Assembly: GCF_037042905.1 (NCBI RefSeq)
Contig: NC_087251.1
Span: 17,672,001 to 17,736,000 of the forward strand
DNA length: 64,000 nucleotides
Direction of reading: 5' to 3'
DNA from: Lytechinus pictus
Taxonomy: Eukaryota
Below the pieces are notes generated by a model. That model was not told the origin of the DNA. It made no database searches and saw only the letters and a program-made list of their open reading frames with translations. Shown piece after piece: positions 28,301 to 39,083 of this stretch (position 1 is its first letter; each line of letters opens with the position of its first letter). Position numbers and translations under genes: made by a program.

Positions 28301-31300
28301 TCTGCTGGGAGACCTCCTGTTTGTGCTCCTTCTCCCGCTCCTTGAATCGCTGTTCCTGTGCTTGCCGGGCAGCTTCTGCGTTGTGGCGTTGGCACTCCAG
28401 CTCCTTGGTAATCGATTTAGACTTCTGCTCCAGATTGCTCAGCTGAATCAAAATGAAAATATATTATGTTGTCATATTTCATAGTGCTGTATAGGCAAAG
28501 TGTTAACAGAATCATTATACGATTCGATATATAGCAGCAGTGCTGACTTTGAAAACAACTATTGAATGACTATTCACAAAAGAAAACACTCATATGATAA
28601 TAAAATACTGTCCATTGACCCAAAATAACATTTGATCATGATCATGTGACCAAAGACATTTGCAAAACAATCATTCATCAGGCCTCTACAAAATTTTTTT
28701 TCATCACTTGCCCTGTCGGGCAAGTGATAAAAAAATTTGCTTGCCCGATAGAAAAAACTGCTTGCCCGATTTTTTTTCAAAATTCTTTTGCTCTTAATTA
28801 TTCTTTTCTGTCCAGGTTGAACTTGATTTACTAGCGCTGGCCGAGTCAGTCCGAAGCTTGCATGCATTCAGCGCGATCTAGCTCGAGAGTCGGCTGGCTC
28901 GCGATCGTTCGTGTACCTAAGTACATGTATTAGAGCATGCGCTAAGAGGGCGAGAGAGGGGTTTCCCCAGCTAGCTCCTTCGTCGATTAGTAGCGCATGG
29001 GCAGTGTAGTTTAGAAAGTAAGATGGCAGCCCCCATCGAACGGGACCGTTGGCGCTGATTTGACATGTTTCCACTGTTTTTTGACTGGTATGACATTTTG
29101 TATGAGAGATAATTGGCCGATAATTGCAATTTATCAAAAAATTATTAAAATTTACTGTAATATCGTTTTCATTTTCAAAACAACCACTTGCCCAATCGGG
29201 AAATTGACTTTGAAAAATGCTTGTCCGCACGTCATTTTCACTTGCCCCGGGCAAGCGGTTTTGTTGCATCCTGATTCATACTTGATTACTCTTATGTCTA
29301 TGTTTCATGAACTACCTGTGCAGATCCATAAACTTTCTAATTTATGATGCCAATTCAACAAATACCCCGAACACGGCCAAAGTTCATTGACCTTAAATGA
29401 CCTTTGATCTTGGTCATGTGACCTGAAACGCGCACAGGATATTCAGGGATAAATGGTTACTCTTATGTCCAAGTTTCATGAACTACATGTAGATCTATAA
29501 ATTTTTTAAGTTATGACAATTCCACAAATACCCCCAACATTATCAAAGTTTGTTGACCCTAAATGACCTTTGACCTTGGTCATGTGACCTGAAACTCGCA
29601 CAGGATGTTCAGGCATAATTAAATGCTCTTATGTTTAAGTTTCATGAACGAGATCCCTAAAATTTCGAAGTTATGATGACAATTCCACAAATACCCCCAA
29701 CATGGCCAAAGTTCATTGACCCTAAATGACCTTTGACCTTGGTCATGTGATCTGAAACTGAGGCAGGATGTTCAGTAACACTTGATTACCCTTATGTCCA
29801 AATTTCATGAACTAGGTCCATATACTTTTCTAAGTTATGATGACCTTTCAAAAACTTAACCTTGGTTAAGATTTAAATGTTGACGCTGCCGCCGTCAGAA
29901 GAGCGGCACCTATAGTCTCGCTCTGCTATGCAGGCGAAACAAAAATTAAAATAAATATTTCTTTATTTATTACAGATTTCAAGGAAGACTATTCACTGAT
30001 TAATACATTTTGAATGACTGGATTGAATAATTAGATCATATACCTGAAGTTTGCCTTCTTCTATCTTCCCTTTGAGGTTGTTGATCTCATCTTGTTTGGT
30101 GTCTAGTATCTTGATCCTGTCCTCTCCGTCTTTCTTCATCTCTGCAATGTCTTTCTTGGCTTCCTGCAGCTGGGCCGTGGTGTCTCTGAGCTGCTTGTCA
30201 GTAGCCTGAACCTGCAGCTCTAGCTTGTGGTTCTCTTGGGTGCCGACTGGAGATGGCAACATTCAATGACAATGGAGAAGAAAGGTGATCAATATGATTT
30301 CCATGAAGGGAAAGTAAAGCAACTGCACACAATCACAGGGCAATCCCTTCAAACTCGGAATTCTGACCCCATGAGATTACAGACAATCTACCTGTAATCA
30401 TTTGTCTCTGTTTTCTATTTCTGTCTTGAAAATTTAAAATGCTGTCAAGTGATCACGACTTCTGCTGTTCATGAAGTGAAGTAAGAACAGAACAAAAGAG
30501 GGGTCGGACAAATAAGAAGGTTGATTATTTAATGGGAATGACCCACTGTCAATGAACGGGGCATGGTGTGCAAGCCTCATGAATAATTTAACTACACATT
30601 CTGGCTCAATCAGTAGAGTACCTGCCTCATGAAGCGGAGAAAATGGATTCTACACATGTCTTAGTCATAGTAAAGACTTGTAAAAATGGGATCTTCTGCC
30701 TACTAGCGAGAGGCATTAACCCTTATTAAACTGGGGGGGGGGGGTCAATTTGACCCCCCCCTCAACAAATTTTGTCACTACGCCGGCGCACAAATTTTTT
30801 TTTACTGCGCCGCTCACTGACTTTTTACTTTCAAGTCTTGCGCATCTTTTGAGATCAATAAAACAATAAAATACATAAGAAATTAATTATATTTTTGCTA
30901 TTTTTTTTGTAGATATTTGTTAGAAATGTAATAATTGATACTCCCACCACAAATTAGCATTCTACTAGCTATATAAATTGAGTTAAAGGCAAATACATAC
31001 AAAAAAAAAAAAATTTATGGCAAATTTCATAGGCTTATTTGCATAATTAATAAAAAATAAAATATATACACTCTTGTAGTTTAAATCCGGCTCTACGCGC
31101 TTGAAAATTTTCGCGGCGATTGGGCAATCAGCGACCGAGATCTGAGGGGGGGGGGGGGTCAAATTGACCCCCCGCAATATATACTGGTCCGAAATAGCCC
31201 AGTTAAGATAGGGTTAAGCATTTCGATCATAGAAAGGTAATAAGAACTGTTACACAAGTCTGCTTGTAGACCAGTTTTGCAAATGAAGTGGCATCCCTGG

Positions 31301-34300
31301 TTAAATAAGATATTCTTTTATTACTTCCAATGGCCAACAATTTGTTAAAATATTTACTGAATCATCAATGCTTTGTTTCACGATAAATCACATAAGAAAA
31401 ATAGATATCATATTTAACACGACCTCAATGCACTGCAACTATCTAAAACGTTGGTCCAAGTTACAGTGTAGATAAAAACAATTCATCGGACAGAGTGAAT
31501 ACTTATATGATCATGTTTGTATTAGCAAACAGTCGTTTACGTATGAGGTTATTTTGGTCCATTATTTCTTCTCAGAATAAAGAAAGCCTTGGTGGAATGG
31601 TTTTAATAATTGGTTGAATAAAGCTCCATTTGCAGAGGTCTAGTGTATACACACTTAAACTTAACACAACTAAAAAAATATCAAATGTACACTAATATCT
31701 AACCAATTATGAATTTACAACTTTTACTTGATCACATTATTTTATGCTACAGACACTGTTCATGTCTGAGGACGGGTATGTGATAGACACAAGACCCTCT
31801 TCAATATTGGGTTTCAAGATTTCCTTTTATATTTGTCCTTAGGACTCACCTTCCTTTTGTTTCTTGAGGTCAGTGACCATGGCCTGGAGTTCTGTAAGCT
31901 TCTCTTTGAGCCCATCATCAGACTCTGTCTTCACAGGCAATGTTTGGATAGGAGGCGACTCAATGACAACGGCAGGCTGCTGCACGGCCATCTTGGCTAG
32001 GGACGCCTCGCTCTCTCCCATCTTGATACAACAGATTACAAAAATTCATAAAACAAATACATATTGGCATGAGAATTAGAATAGATACGACCAATTATGA
32101 TGGAAAATACATCACAGATTTTTTCTGCAAAGAAAAAAAACTCAGTAGCAAAACTGTGCATATATGTGCAAAAAAAATTAAATCAACATTTTTTGTAGGT
32201 AGAATAATAAGAGCTGAAAACACATACTCAATTTAGTTTAATATCTACAATAATAAGAATAAATCTTACAACAATGACATACATTAAGTAAAAATGAAAA
32301 TGGTAGATGTTCTGATAAAATAATGCAAAATACTTTGAAAACTTATTTATTTGATGTCTGCAACTGTTAGAATAATTGCTTACATAATTTTGCATCATAC
32401 AGTAGCCATCCACACTTTTGTTAAAAAATAAACGAGTTGACGAGATGTTGCAAGAAACATAGATCGCAAGTCAACTCTAGATCTCATAATTTTATCACAA
32501 TTTTTTGCAAATATATTGCAAATTTGGAAAAGATTGCTGGTCTGCTTTTCATAACAAAATTGTTAAAGAGTAGGGGAGATCAGGGTTAGTTGGAACATTT
32601 TTGACAAAAATGGTTGTAAAATCTAAATATATTTTATTTGAGAAACAATCAATATATCAGCTTGAAGCATATATCTAAGGGCTTCAAATGTACCCCATAA
32701 AGTTTTTAACTCTATGATGGTTACTGAAAAAAATCCACTTTGAACAAACCATCGCAAGCGTTCCAACTTACCCCATATCGGGGTTGGAACACTGTATGGT
32801 CAATTAAGAATTATACTAAAACTACTTACAACCGTAATATTACATGGTTTTAGCCTATTTGCTTTATTTTTTTCAAGTTCAAAATATTAAAAGTGGATTT
32901 GTTGAACTTTATGTTTTCTATTATACAGCCACTAACGCAAGACGACTGTGTAGTAGAATTCCGCTTATTTGTGCGTTTGACTTTACATGCAATTACTAAG
33001 TGTATCAGTAATTTCATGTACTTCTGCATCAAATTTACATGACAAAAAGTAAATGTTTATATTTTTAAAATTAATTATGCAAATAATCATGAAATTTGCC
33101 CTAAATTTTGAGGGTTTTTTGTATGTTTTTGCCTTTAACTCTATTATTAAGCTAGTAGAATGCTAATTTTTGGTGAGAGTATCAATTTTTACCTTTATAA
33201 CAAATAACCACAAAAAATTGCAAAAAATATAATTTCTTATGTATTTTTTGTTTATTAAATTTCATTGTCTTTCTTTGTTTTTTCGAACCATTGTTTTTTA
33301 TTGTTTTTTCTGATGAACTTTGTCGGGACTCTTTTGCGATCATAAATAGCATAAAATAAATCCATTTGAACCAACAAAAGTAAAAATAATCATACATTTA
33401 TGATTTTTGGTTGAAAAACACAATTTGCATTGACCTTGTACATGGAATCACGTTTTTGAGTAATTTGAGTCCGACACGCACATACAAAATGTGCGTAATT
33501 TTGAAACCGCGCACCCAGGCATTGCAAATTTGGTCTCAAAAGAAGCGCAAGACTTGAAAGTAAAAAGTCAGAGAGCGGAGGGGTAAAAAAAATTCGCACA
33601 ACAGCGTAGTGACAAAATTTGTCGAGGGGGGGGGGGCTCAAATTGACCCCCCCCCCCCCAGTTTGATTAATATTGTTAATATTGCATTACTTAGGGGCCT
33701 ACAATAGGCCTTAAATGCACACTCAGACCTAACTGAGAAACAAAACAAGCATGGTATACAATACATGTTCAGAAGAGTGTGAAATACTGTATACATTTTT
33801 TTCTCATATCCAATGTTTTTATTCATAATTATGTTTGGGGCAAGTTGGAACATGTTCCAACTAACCCCAGAGGCCCATTTGATATTTATAAGCTTATAGC
33901 ACAAAAAGGGACTTCACCATGGCATATTAAAGTGATCATTTCACTTTGTTCTGATTTAAAAAATTCTCCTTTTGGTTCCTGAAAATGGACTAAACATTAG
34001 GGTTATAGTGTAAAAATACCATCCCAAAAGTTTCAAAGTATTATATTTACAGGATAAATTTTAAAACCTTGGAGATGTAAACCAAAGTTTGAAAATAATT
34101 GGGAGTTGGTTTCAATGACTATGTGTATACAGGGAATCTGTGCACCACATTAATTCTAGATGAACACAGCATGACCTACATAAAGTGTGTACAAGGTATA
34201 CACTGAATGTACAGTGCAGCTAATAGTGTGTGTATAGGAGATACACACAACAGAAGGCAGTCAAAATAGCCAACAGACTTTTTGAATTGGAGAAAACTGG

Positions 34301-37300
34301 TCATTAGCTGAACCCGTCTACTAGACGGTTCTCAAAATCAGGCTAATAAGTTGCTACTTGTATCTAAATTAGAGTTTTTCATCCTATATTGTGGTCTGTT
34401 TCAGGGTTTTTTAGGAAAAATACAGGCACTCATATGCACGTTTCAACTCAGTTTGAGAATTTTTTTAATCAGCTGCTCACAAAGTTAAATGATCCCTTTA
34501 ATAACCTTATTTTGTAGCTTGGTACAAGTGTCCATTATACCCCCAAACAGACCAACTTGATCTATAAACTTCTCTGAGATAATACAAAATTTCGGAAAGA
34601 GACAAAATTCCTCAGGTGAAAAAACAAAAATTCCTTTCTAACTTCACCAGGCTTGTTGCATATGTGTTGTCTGTAATATGGTGGATGGCTGTTGATAATA
34701 GCAATAAATTTAGGGCAGTATTGCATAAATTTAATAAATTTATTTAAAGGCGTTAAAGAAAATTACAATGTTTCAACTTACCCCGCGTTCCAACTAACCC
34801 CGATCTCCCCTAAATATTGATCTATCAATCACAAATCGCTTCCATATTAGTTTCTTGCAACAGCCAGAGTCACAACATTCATGAAATACATTACCTTTGC
34901 CTGAATATCTTGGAGCTGTTTCTCAAGCTGTTTGCGAGTCTTTTGTTCTTGTTCTTTGGCTGCTTGCATTACCTGCAATTGTTGCACTAGATCACTAGAA
35001 ATATCCTCATCAGAGAAGCTCCCTGTATTCATAATGGACAATAGTGGATTAAACCTACCTGACATAGATCAAGCATGGACTGACAATTTTTTTTCTTTCC
35101 AAAGTTTTACAGACAAATTCATATCATACTTTGCACTTTCAATTCTATTTCAGAAAGTGATTGCTCTATGGCTATTCTATCCTGCATCTGTGACATATTT
35201 GCTCTGTACACAGATCTATGCTCTTGAGTATTGTCACATCATATCTGAATGAGACTGTATTGAGTTTTTTTTTGCAAAACCAAAAAAAAAAAAACAAGTG
35301 GAGCGCCTCTGGCTGTCTCACCTGCATCACGCGATTCAATATAGCAGCAGTGCTGGCTTTGAAAACTACTATAAAATAATTATTCACAAAAAACACCATT
35401 CATATAATGATAAAATACTATGTTCATTGACAATAAATGACATTTGACCTTGATCATTCGACCTAAGACTTGTCAGTGATACTTGATTACCCCTATATCT
35501 ACATTTTATAAACTATATCTATAAACTTTCAAAGTTATGACAGCAATCTAATAATTACCTCCAAAATTGCCAAAGTTCAATGACCTCAAGTTAAATGACC
35601 TTTGACTTTTGTCATGTGACCTGAAACTCGCATGAGATGTTCAGTGATACTTGATTAATCTTATGTCCAAGTTTTATGAACTAGATCCATACACTTTCAG
35701 AGTTATGATGGTTATTCAACAAATACCCCCAACATGGCCAAATTACATTGACCTTTGACCTTGGTCATGTGACCTGAAACTCGCACAGGATGTTCAGTGA
35801 TACTTGATTACTCTTATGTCCAAGTTCTATTATGACCAATACACTTACAGAGTTATGATGTTAATTCAACAAATACCCCCACCATGGCCAAAGTTCATTG
35901 ACCTTGATCATGTGACCTGAAACTCGCATGAGATGTTCAGTGATACTTGATTAATCTTATGTCCAAGTTTTATGAACTAGATCCATACACTTTCAGAGTT
36001 ATGATGGTTATTCAACAAATACCCCCACCATGGCCAAAGTTCATTGACCTTGACCATGTGACCTGAAACTCGCACAAGATGTTCAGTGATACTTAATTAC
36101 TGTCCAAGTTTCATGAATCAGATCCATAAACTTTCAAAGTTATGACGGCAATTCAACAGATACCCCCAACATGGCCAAAGTTCATTGACCTTGGTCATGT
36201 GATCTGATATTCGCACAGGATGTTTAGTGATACTTGATTACTCTTATGTCCAAGTTTTATGAACAAGACCAATAAAATTTCAAAGTTATGATGGTAATTC
36301 AACAAATACCCCCTACTTGGCCAAAGTTCATTGACCTTACATGACCCTTGACTTGGTCATGTGACCTGATATTCGCACAGGATGTTCAGTGATACTTGAT
36401 TACTCTTATGTCCAAGTTTCATGAATCAGATAAAGTTATGATGGTAATTCAACAGATATCCCCAACTTGGCCAAAGTTCATTGACCCTAAATGACCTTTG
36501 ACCTTGGTCATGTGACTTGAAACTCCGGCAGGATATTCAGTAATACTTGATTAAGCTTATGTCTAAGTTTCATGAACTAGGTCCATATACTTTTTAAGTT
36601 ATGATGTCATTTCAAAAACTTAACCTTTGGTTAAGATTTGGTGTTGACGCCGCCGCCGGAAAAGCGGCTCCTCTCGTCTCACTCTGCTATGCAGGTGAGA
36701 TAAAAACAGAAACATCTGCAAATCTATGTTTGCATGGAAGAATTTTAAGTTCGATCAATACAAAAGAATATTTTGTTTCCATGAGTTTCCATTGTGATGT
36801 ACGATTTGAGGTCACTGAAGTTATGGCATTGTCTGTAATTTACATATAACATATCAAATTAACCTTTAAAGCAATCCTAAATATTGACATTTGAATAATG
36901 GCTAAACTATTTTTGAAATTATATGGGATTAGTAGTATACAGGCATACTTTTGTATAATATCATAAATTCAGTTTCAAAAATCTTAGTGTTTCAATAATA
37001 AAAAAAAGAAAAGGGAAATTTTCTAGATGAAAGATGCTATACCTTGTGATTTCTTCCCCTGTCCATTTTCTTGCTTGGCAATTTTTAGTTTCTCAGTCTG
37101 GGTCTCTAACTGGCGCTGCTGGTGGTTACAGTTCTCCTAAACAGTGTCAAAGATTACAATACAAACATGATAAACAACAAAAAGAAAATCATTAACAATA
37201 GCAGAAAAGATGGGAAAGAAAATGTGGGGACATATTATAAAAACACCAATTAAGTGGCAGTGTGCCACTAAACGATTTAATTAAAACCAGAGGTTTCTTT

Positions 37301-39083
37301 TTTTTTACTCATTTAGTACATACTAGGAAAAAGAGTGATCGCCAAAATGAACATACATACAGCAAGGAATCTGCATAGAGGTGTATGGCTGCTCAATGAG
37401 GCAAATGTAATACTTATCTACAAGTAGCTGTTAAAGCAAGTTGTATTCTATACTTACAGGCTCAAGCAAAAGCAAGAATTCAAATATAACACAGAATAAA
37501 TCTCTATGCACAGATAGCAATTATCAATAAGTAAACAATTTGTAATATGCATACCATGGATGTGGATTCTGGGCCCCGTCTTACAAAGAGTTACGATTGA
37601 TCAAATCAACTACAACTATGGAAAGCCAGCAATGTCAACATCTAAAATACAAATTTGTTTAGAATATTTTCTAAATATGATGTATATTCATGCATTCATA
37701 TTTTTCTTCAAAATTCAGTTTGCTTTCCTTTCTTTACAAAAGACATTGTAAAAATTTCCTGAAGAAAAATTATGACATTGATGGATTTCCATATACTTGT
37801 GGTTGATCGGATCAATCGTAGCTCTTTGTAAGACAGGGCCCTGGACTACATACCTGTAGCTTTCTGTAATCTTGTGATAGTTTCTCCATCTTGTTAGTCA
37901 TCTCGTTGACCTCCATCTGAGCTTTCTCCATCTCATTCTTGAGCTGGGTTGACTTGGACTGCTCGGCCTCAAGCTGTGTCTTGGTGTGAGAGAGTTGACC
38001 ATTCAGACAGGCAACCATGGATTCCTTATTCTGCAGCTCATGTGCCAACTAGACAGCCATCAAGAATTATAGCAAAAAGTAAGGAAAATTAGCAGTCATT
38101 TATTAAATGCTCCTATCACAATTCACACCTTTTTTTTTTAGCCCTTACAGGCTTACGGCATGTTTTTATCATCAGTGTTCACACTACTTTATAACGATGG
38201 GCTAGGGACCCCTAAGACATACAGGTGCTTAGGCAATGCTGGTTCAGCTTCTAAGCAGAGTTAGCATAGATATCACTCTTGCTATGAGAGCAGCAAACCA
38301 AACAATTAAATAATAATCAAGAACTGTTAGTCTCTGAGATATCTTCATCACAGAGTTATACGAAATCAGCTGTTCTGTCCCCCTTCCTCTCTTTTATGCA
38401 AGCAAAGACACAGCAGTCTTTTCAAAGAAGCATATCTCATGTTATTTCTGTTTATTTATTTTCTTTTATAATATCCTTATCCAAAAAATATCATCAGTCA
38501 TGTCAGAAATTTGTCAAGTCAACCTTTAACAATGCCATTAAAAAAGTCATACTTACCCTTTCTTTCTTCTTCTCCACATCGTCACATGCTTCTGCCAGAC
38601 TGTGATTTTCCTTCTTCAAGGTTGCATACTGCGCTTTCTCCTCTTCAACCTGTAAAAAATATAAAAACAATCAATTGAAAATGTAGCTTAGAATGGACTC
38701 TAGAAGGTATTTAGAGGATTTATAAGTTAGGTTATTTACCCTCAGTACTCTTGCCGGCCTGCCCCCTTTCCAATCTAAAAATGTTTCTTTAATTACTGTA
38801 TTATTTTTTATATAAAATAACCTTTAACATACAAATTCAAATACATAAAACCAACATTAAAATACACTAACAAGTAATACATGTAGTTAGATTCCCTGTT
38901 ATAAGCAAAATTTTAACATACCTTCTTCTGCTGCTTCTTCAAAGCAGCATCTAGTGACTCCAACTGAAATTGCTTCTGCTTCTGTTCCTTGCGTAGCTTT
39001 TCAAGGTTACTTTCCAGTTTCTGTATTTCCTGTTGGGCCCTGTGTGGAAGCCCATTCTTCCATTCATCCCCAAACCAACTCAT
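7159..39083 (-). CDS. CENPF: Centromere protein F (mitosin) orthologue, 18 coding exons, about 3713 aa coiled-coil protein
   Basis: N-terminus MSWFGDEWKNGLPHRAQQEIQKLESNLEKLRKEQKQKQFQLESLDAALKKQQKKVEEEK matches the CENP-F N-terminal domain (human MSWALEEWKEGLP...). C-terminus ENCKIQ* is a CaaX box (human CKVQ). Exons joined by hand with GT-AG and matching phases total 11142 nt: 39083-38922, 38649-38557, 38048-37854, 37136-37043, 35022-34895, 32021-31850, 30246-30044, 28442-28134, 25860-24326, 23890-23763, 22764-20719, 20217-16049, 15503-15327, 14804-14634, 14438-14193, 13235-12269, 9899-9745, 7350-7159. Confidence 0.93.
7858..8595. mobile_element. TIR element (MITE)
   Basis: 21-bp inverted repeat aattctcgctaccccaaatag / ctatttggggtagcgagaatt enclosing a CpG-rich interior. 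Confidence 0.65.
8654..9212. mobile_element. Kolobok-like MITE, third family
   Basis: TIR agaatgaaacccttg / caagggtttcattct, with TTAA at the right end. Confidence 0.6.
9210..9713. mobile_element. TTAA-flanked (Kolobok-like) MITE, second family
   Basis: ttaa-AGGGATCGTC...GACCATCCCT-ttaa; homologous copy at about 2875-3390. Confidence 0.75.
9745..9899 (-). CDS. CENPF: CENP-F coding exon 17
   Basis: ctatag|..LSTRLRRSGSQ...NLSLR|gtatgt, phase 1-0. Confidence 0.85.
10391..11103. mobile_element. piggyBac-like MITE, same family as 30716-31217
   Basis: Shared aattttgtcactacgcc...gggtcaaattgacccc...gaaatagccc...taggg. Confidence 0.75.
11105..11677. mobile_element. TTAA-flanked (Kolobok-like) MITE
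   Basis: ttaa-AGGTCAAGTCCACCCC...GGGGTAGACTTGTCCT-ttaa with long imperfect TIRs. Confidence 0.8.
12269..13235 (-). CDS. CENPF: CENP-F coding exon 16
   Basis: tatcag|ESKAAVGANSTKMKTEF...SSQS G|gtaagt, phase 0-1; the coiled coil ends and a basic S/P-rich tail begins. Confidence 0.88.
13361..13540. mobile_element. Palindromic MITE (Harbinger-like)
   Basis: About 60-bp near-perfect inverted repeat gtttcataaagctgttcgta...gatcctttctt / aagaaaggatc...cagctttatgaaac. Confidence 0.8.
14193..14438 (-). CDS. CENPF: CENP-F coding exon 15
   Basis: tttcag|EEEVNCLK...AKLQE|gtgagt, phase 0-0. Confidence 0.87.
14634..14804 (-). CDS. CENPF: CENP-F coding exon 14
   Basis: ctgcag|HAKTLETLENG...MCKNY|gtaaga, phase 0-0. 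Confidence 0.85.
15327..15503 (-). CDS. CENPF: CENP-F coding exon 13
   Basis: ttccag|LEMEALVSEK...DLKKQ|gtatgt, phase 0-0. Confidence 0.87.
16049..20217 (-). CDS. CENPF: CENP-F coding exon 12 (4169 nt, coiled coil)
   Basis: catcag|..VTVSSEIL...GESKK|gtgaat, phase 1-0; about 1390 aa of E/K/L-rich heptads. Confidence 0.92.
20719..22764 (-). CDS. CENPF: CENP-F coding exon 11 (2046 nt, contains 3 x 109-aa repeat)
   Basis: tttcag|..TLEGLKEKL...GRLT G|gtaagt, phase 1-1. Confidence 0.9.
20732..21712 (-). repeat. Three tandem in-frame 327-bp (109-aa) coding repeats
   Basis: tctccctatt recurs at 21691, 21364 and 21037 (spacing 327); unit NLIDNREKEMELKVRELE...ALDALKQEN. Confidence 0.95.
23763..23890 (-). 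CDS. CENPF: CENP-F coding exon 10
   Basis: tttcag|.TATNDLKEVTQQL...KQFQ A|gtaaga, phase 2-1; needed to join the neighbouring phases. Confidence 0.85.
24326..25860 (-). CDS. CENPF: CENP-F coding exon 9 (1535 nt, coiled coil)
   Basis: ttccag|VQGADQSLRNH...ESAN CA|gtgagt, phase 0-2. Confidence 0.9.
26171..27237. mobile_element. Non-autonomous DNA transposon, 8-bp TSD (hAT- or P-like)
   Basis: TIR CAACCAAAAAATTAC / GTAATTTTTTGGTTG; TSD GCATTCAG (26163-26170, 27238-27245); subterminal TTCCAGGGCT repeats. Confidence 0.85.
27600..28040. mobile_element. Palindromic MITE
   Basis: About 200-bp imperfect arms accaaaagttgct...ccatggtgttg / caacaccatg...agcaacttttggt. Confidence 0.75.
28134..28442 (-). 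CDS. CENPF: CENP-F coding exon 8
   Basis: attcag|LSNLEQKSK...ELQQK|gtattt, phase 0-0. Confidence 0.85.
28518..29945. mobile_element. Helentron-associated (HINE-like) element with internal tandem array, copy 1 (left end degraded)
   Basis: Homologous to 35293-36706 and 57311-58485; about 163-bp monomers; ends gtctcgctctgctatgcaggcgaaacaaaaa. Confidence 0.75.
28679..29273. mobile_element. hAT-like MITE with 6-bp TSD, nested in a Helentron-type element
   Basis: CAGG...CCTG ends, ATTCAT on both sides, subterminal CTTGCCC repeats. Confidence 0.7.
30044..30246 (-). CDS. CENPF: CENP-F coding exon 7
   Basis: ctccag|..GTQENHKLELQ...EGKLQ|gtatat, phase 1-0. Confidence 0.85.
30716..31217. mobile_element. 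piggyBac-like MITE
   Basis: TTAA-CCCT...AGGG-TTAA with G-run/ggtcaaattgacc/C-run subterminal hairpins. Confidence 0.8.
31850..32021 (-). CDS. CENPF: CENP-F coding exon 6
   Basis: tcaag|MGESEASLAK...KKQKE G|gtgagt, phase 0-1. Confidence 0.8.
32573..34810. mobile_element. Non-autonomous TA-flanked (Tc1/mariner-pogo-like) element with two nested MITEs
   Basis: ta-GGGGAGATCAGGGTTAGTTGGAAC...GTTCCAACTAACCCCGATCTCCCC-ta. Contains an inverted piggyBac-like copy (about 33045-33670) and a TTAA MITE (33927-34501). Confidence 0.8.
34895..35022 (-). CDS. CENPF: CENP-F coding exon 5
   Basis: tacag|..SFSDEDISSDLVQQLQ...IQAK|gtaatg, phase 1-0. An alternative in-phase acceptor would start the exon at 35058. 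Confidence 0.75.
35293..36706. mobile_element. Helentron-associated (HINE-like) element with internal tandem array, copy 2
   Basis: aacaagtgg start, sub-TIR gtctcacctgcat / atgcaggtgaga, about 7 monomers of 140-165 bp, terminal hairpin, A-rich flanks, no TSD. Confidence 0.8.
37043..37136 (-). CDS. CENPF: CENP-F coding exon 4
   Basis: tttag|ENCNHQQRQLETQTEKLK...KSQ G|gtatag, phase 0-1. Confidence 0.8.
37572..37840. mobile_element. PIF/Harbinger-like MITE
   Basis: ctg-GGCCCCGTCTTACAAAGAG...CTCTTTGTAAGACAGGGCC-ctg; 3-bp CWG TSD. Confidence 0.8.
37854..38048 (-). CDS. CENPF: CENP-F coding exon 3
   Basis: ctag|LAHELQNKESMVACLNGQL...RKLQ|gtatgt, phase 0-0. Confidence 0.9.
38557..38649 (-). CDS. 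CENPF: CENP-F coding exon 2
   Basis: tttttacag|VEEEKAQYATLKKENHSLAEACDDVEKKKER|gtaagt, phase 0-0. Confidence 0.9.
38922..39083 (-). CDS. CENPF: CENP-F coding exon 1 (start codon, 54 aa)
   Basis: ATG at 39083; acceptor ttgcacag upstream of 39138; donor AAG|gtatgt. Confidence 0.93.

Noticed and set aside
35023..35058. Longer form of CENP-F exon 5 using the upstream acceptor
   Set aside because: It is in frame and possible but cannot be distinguished from the shorter form without transcripts; the shorter form was used.
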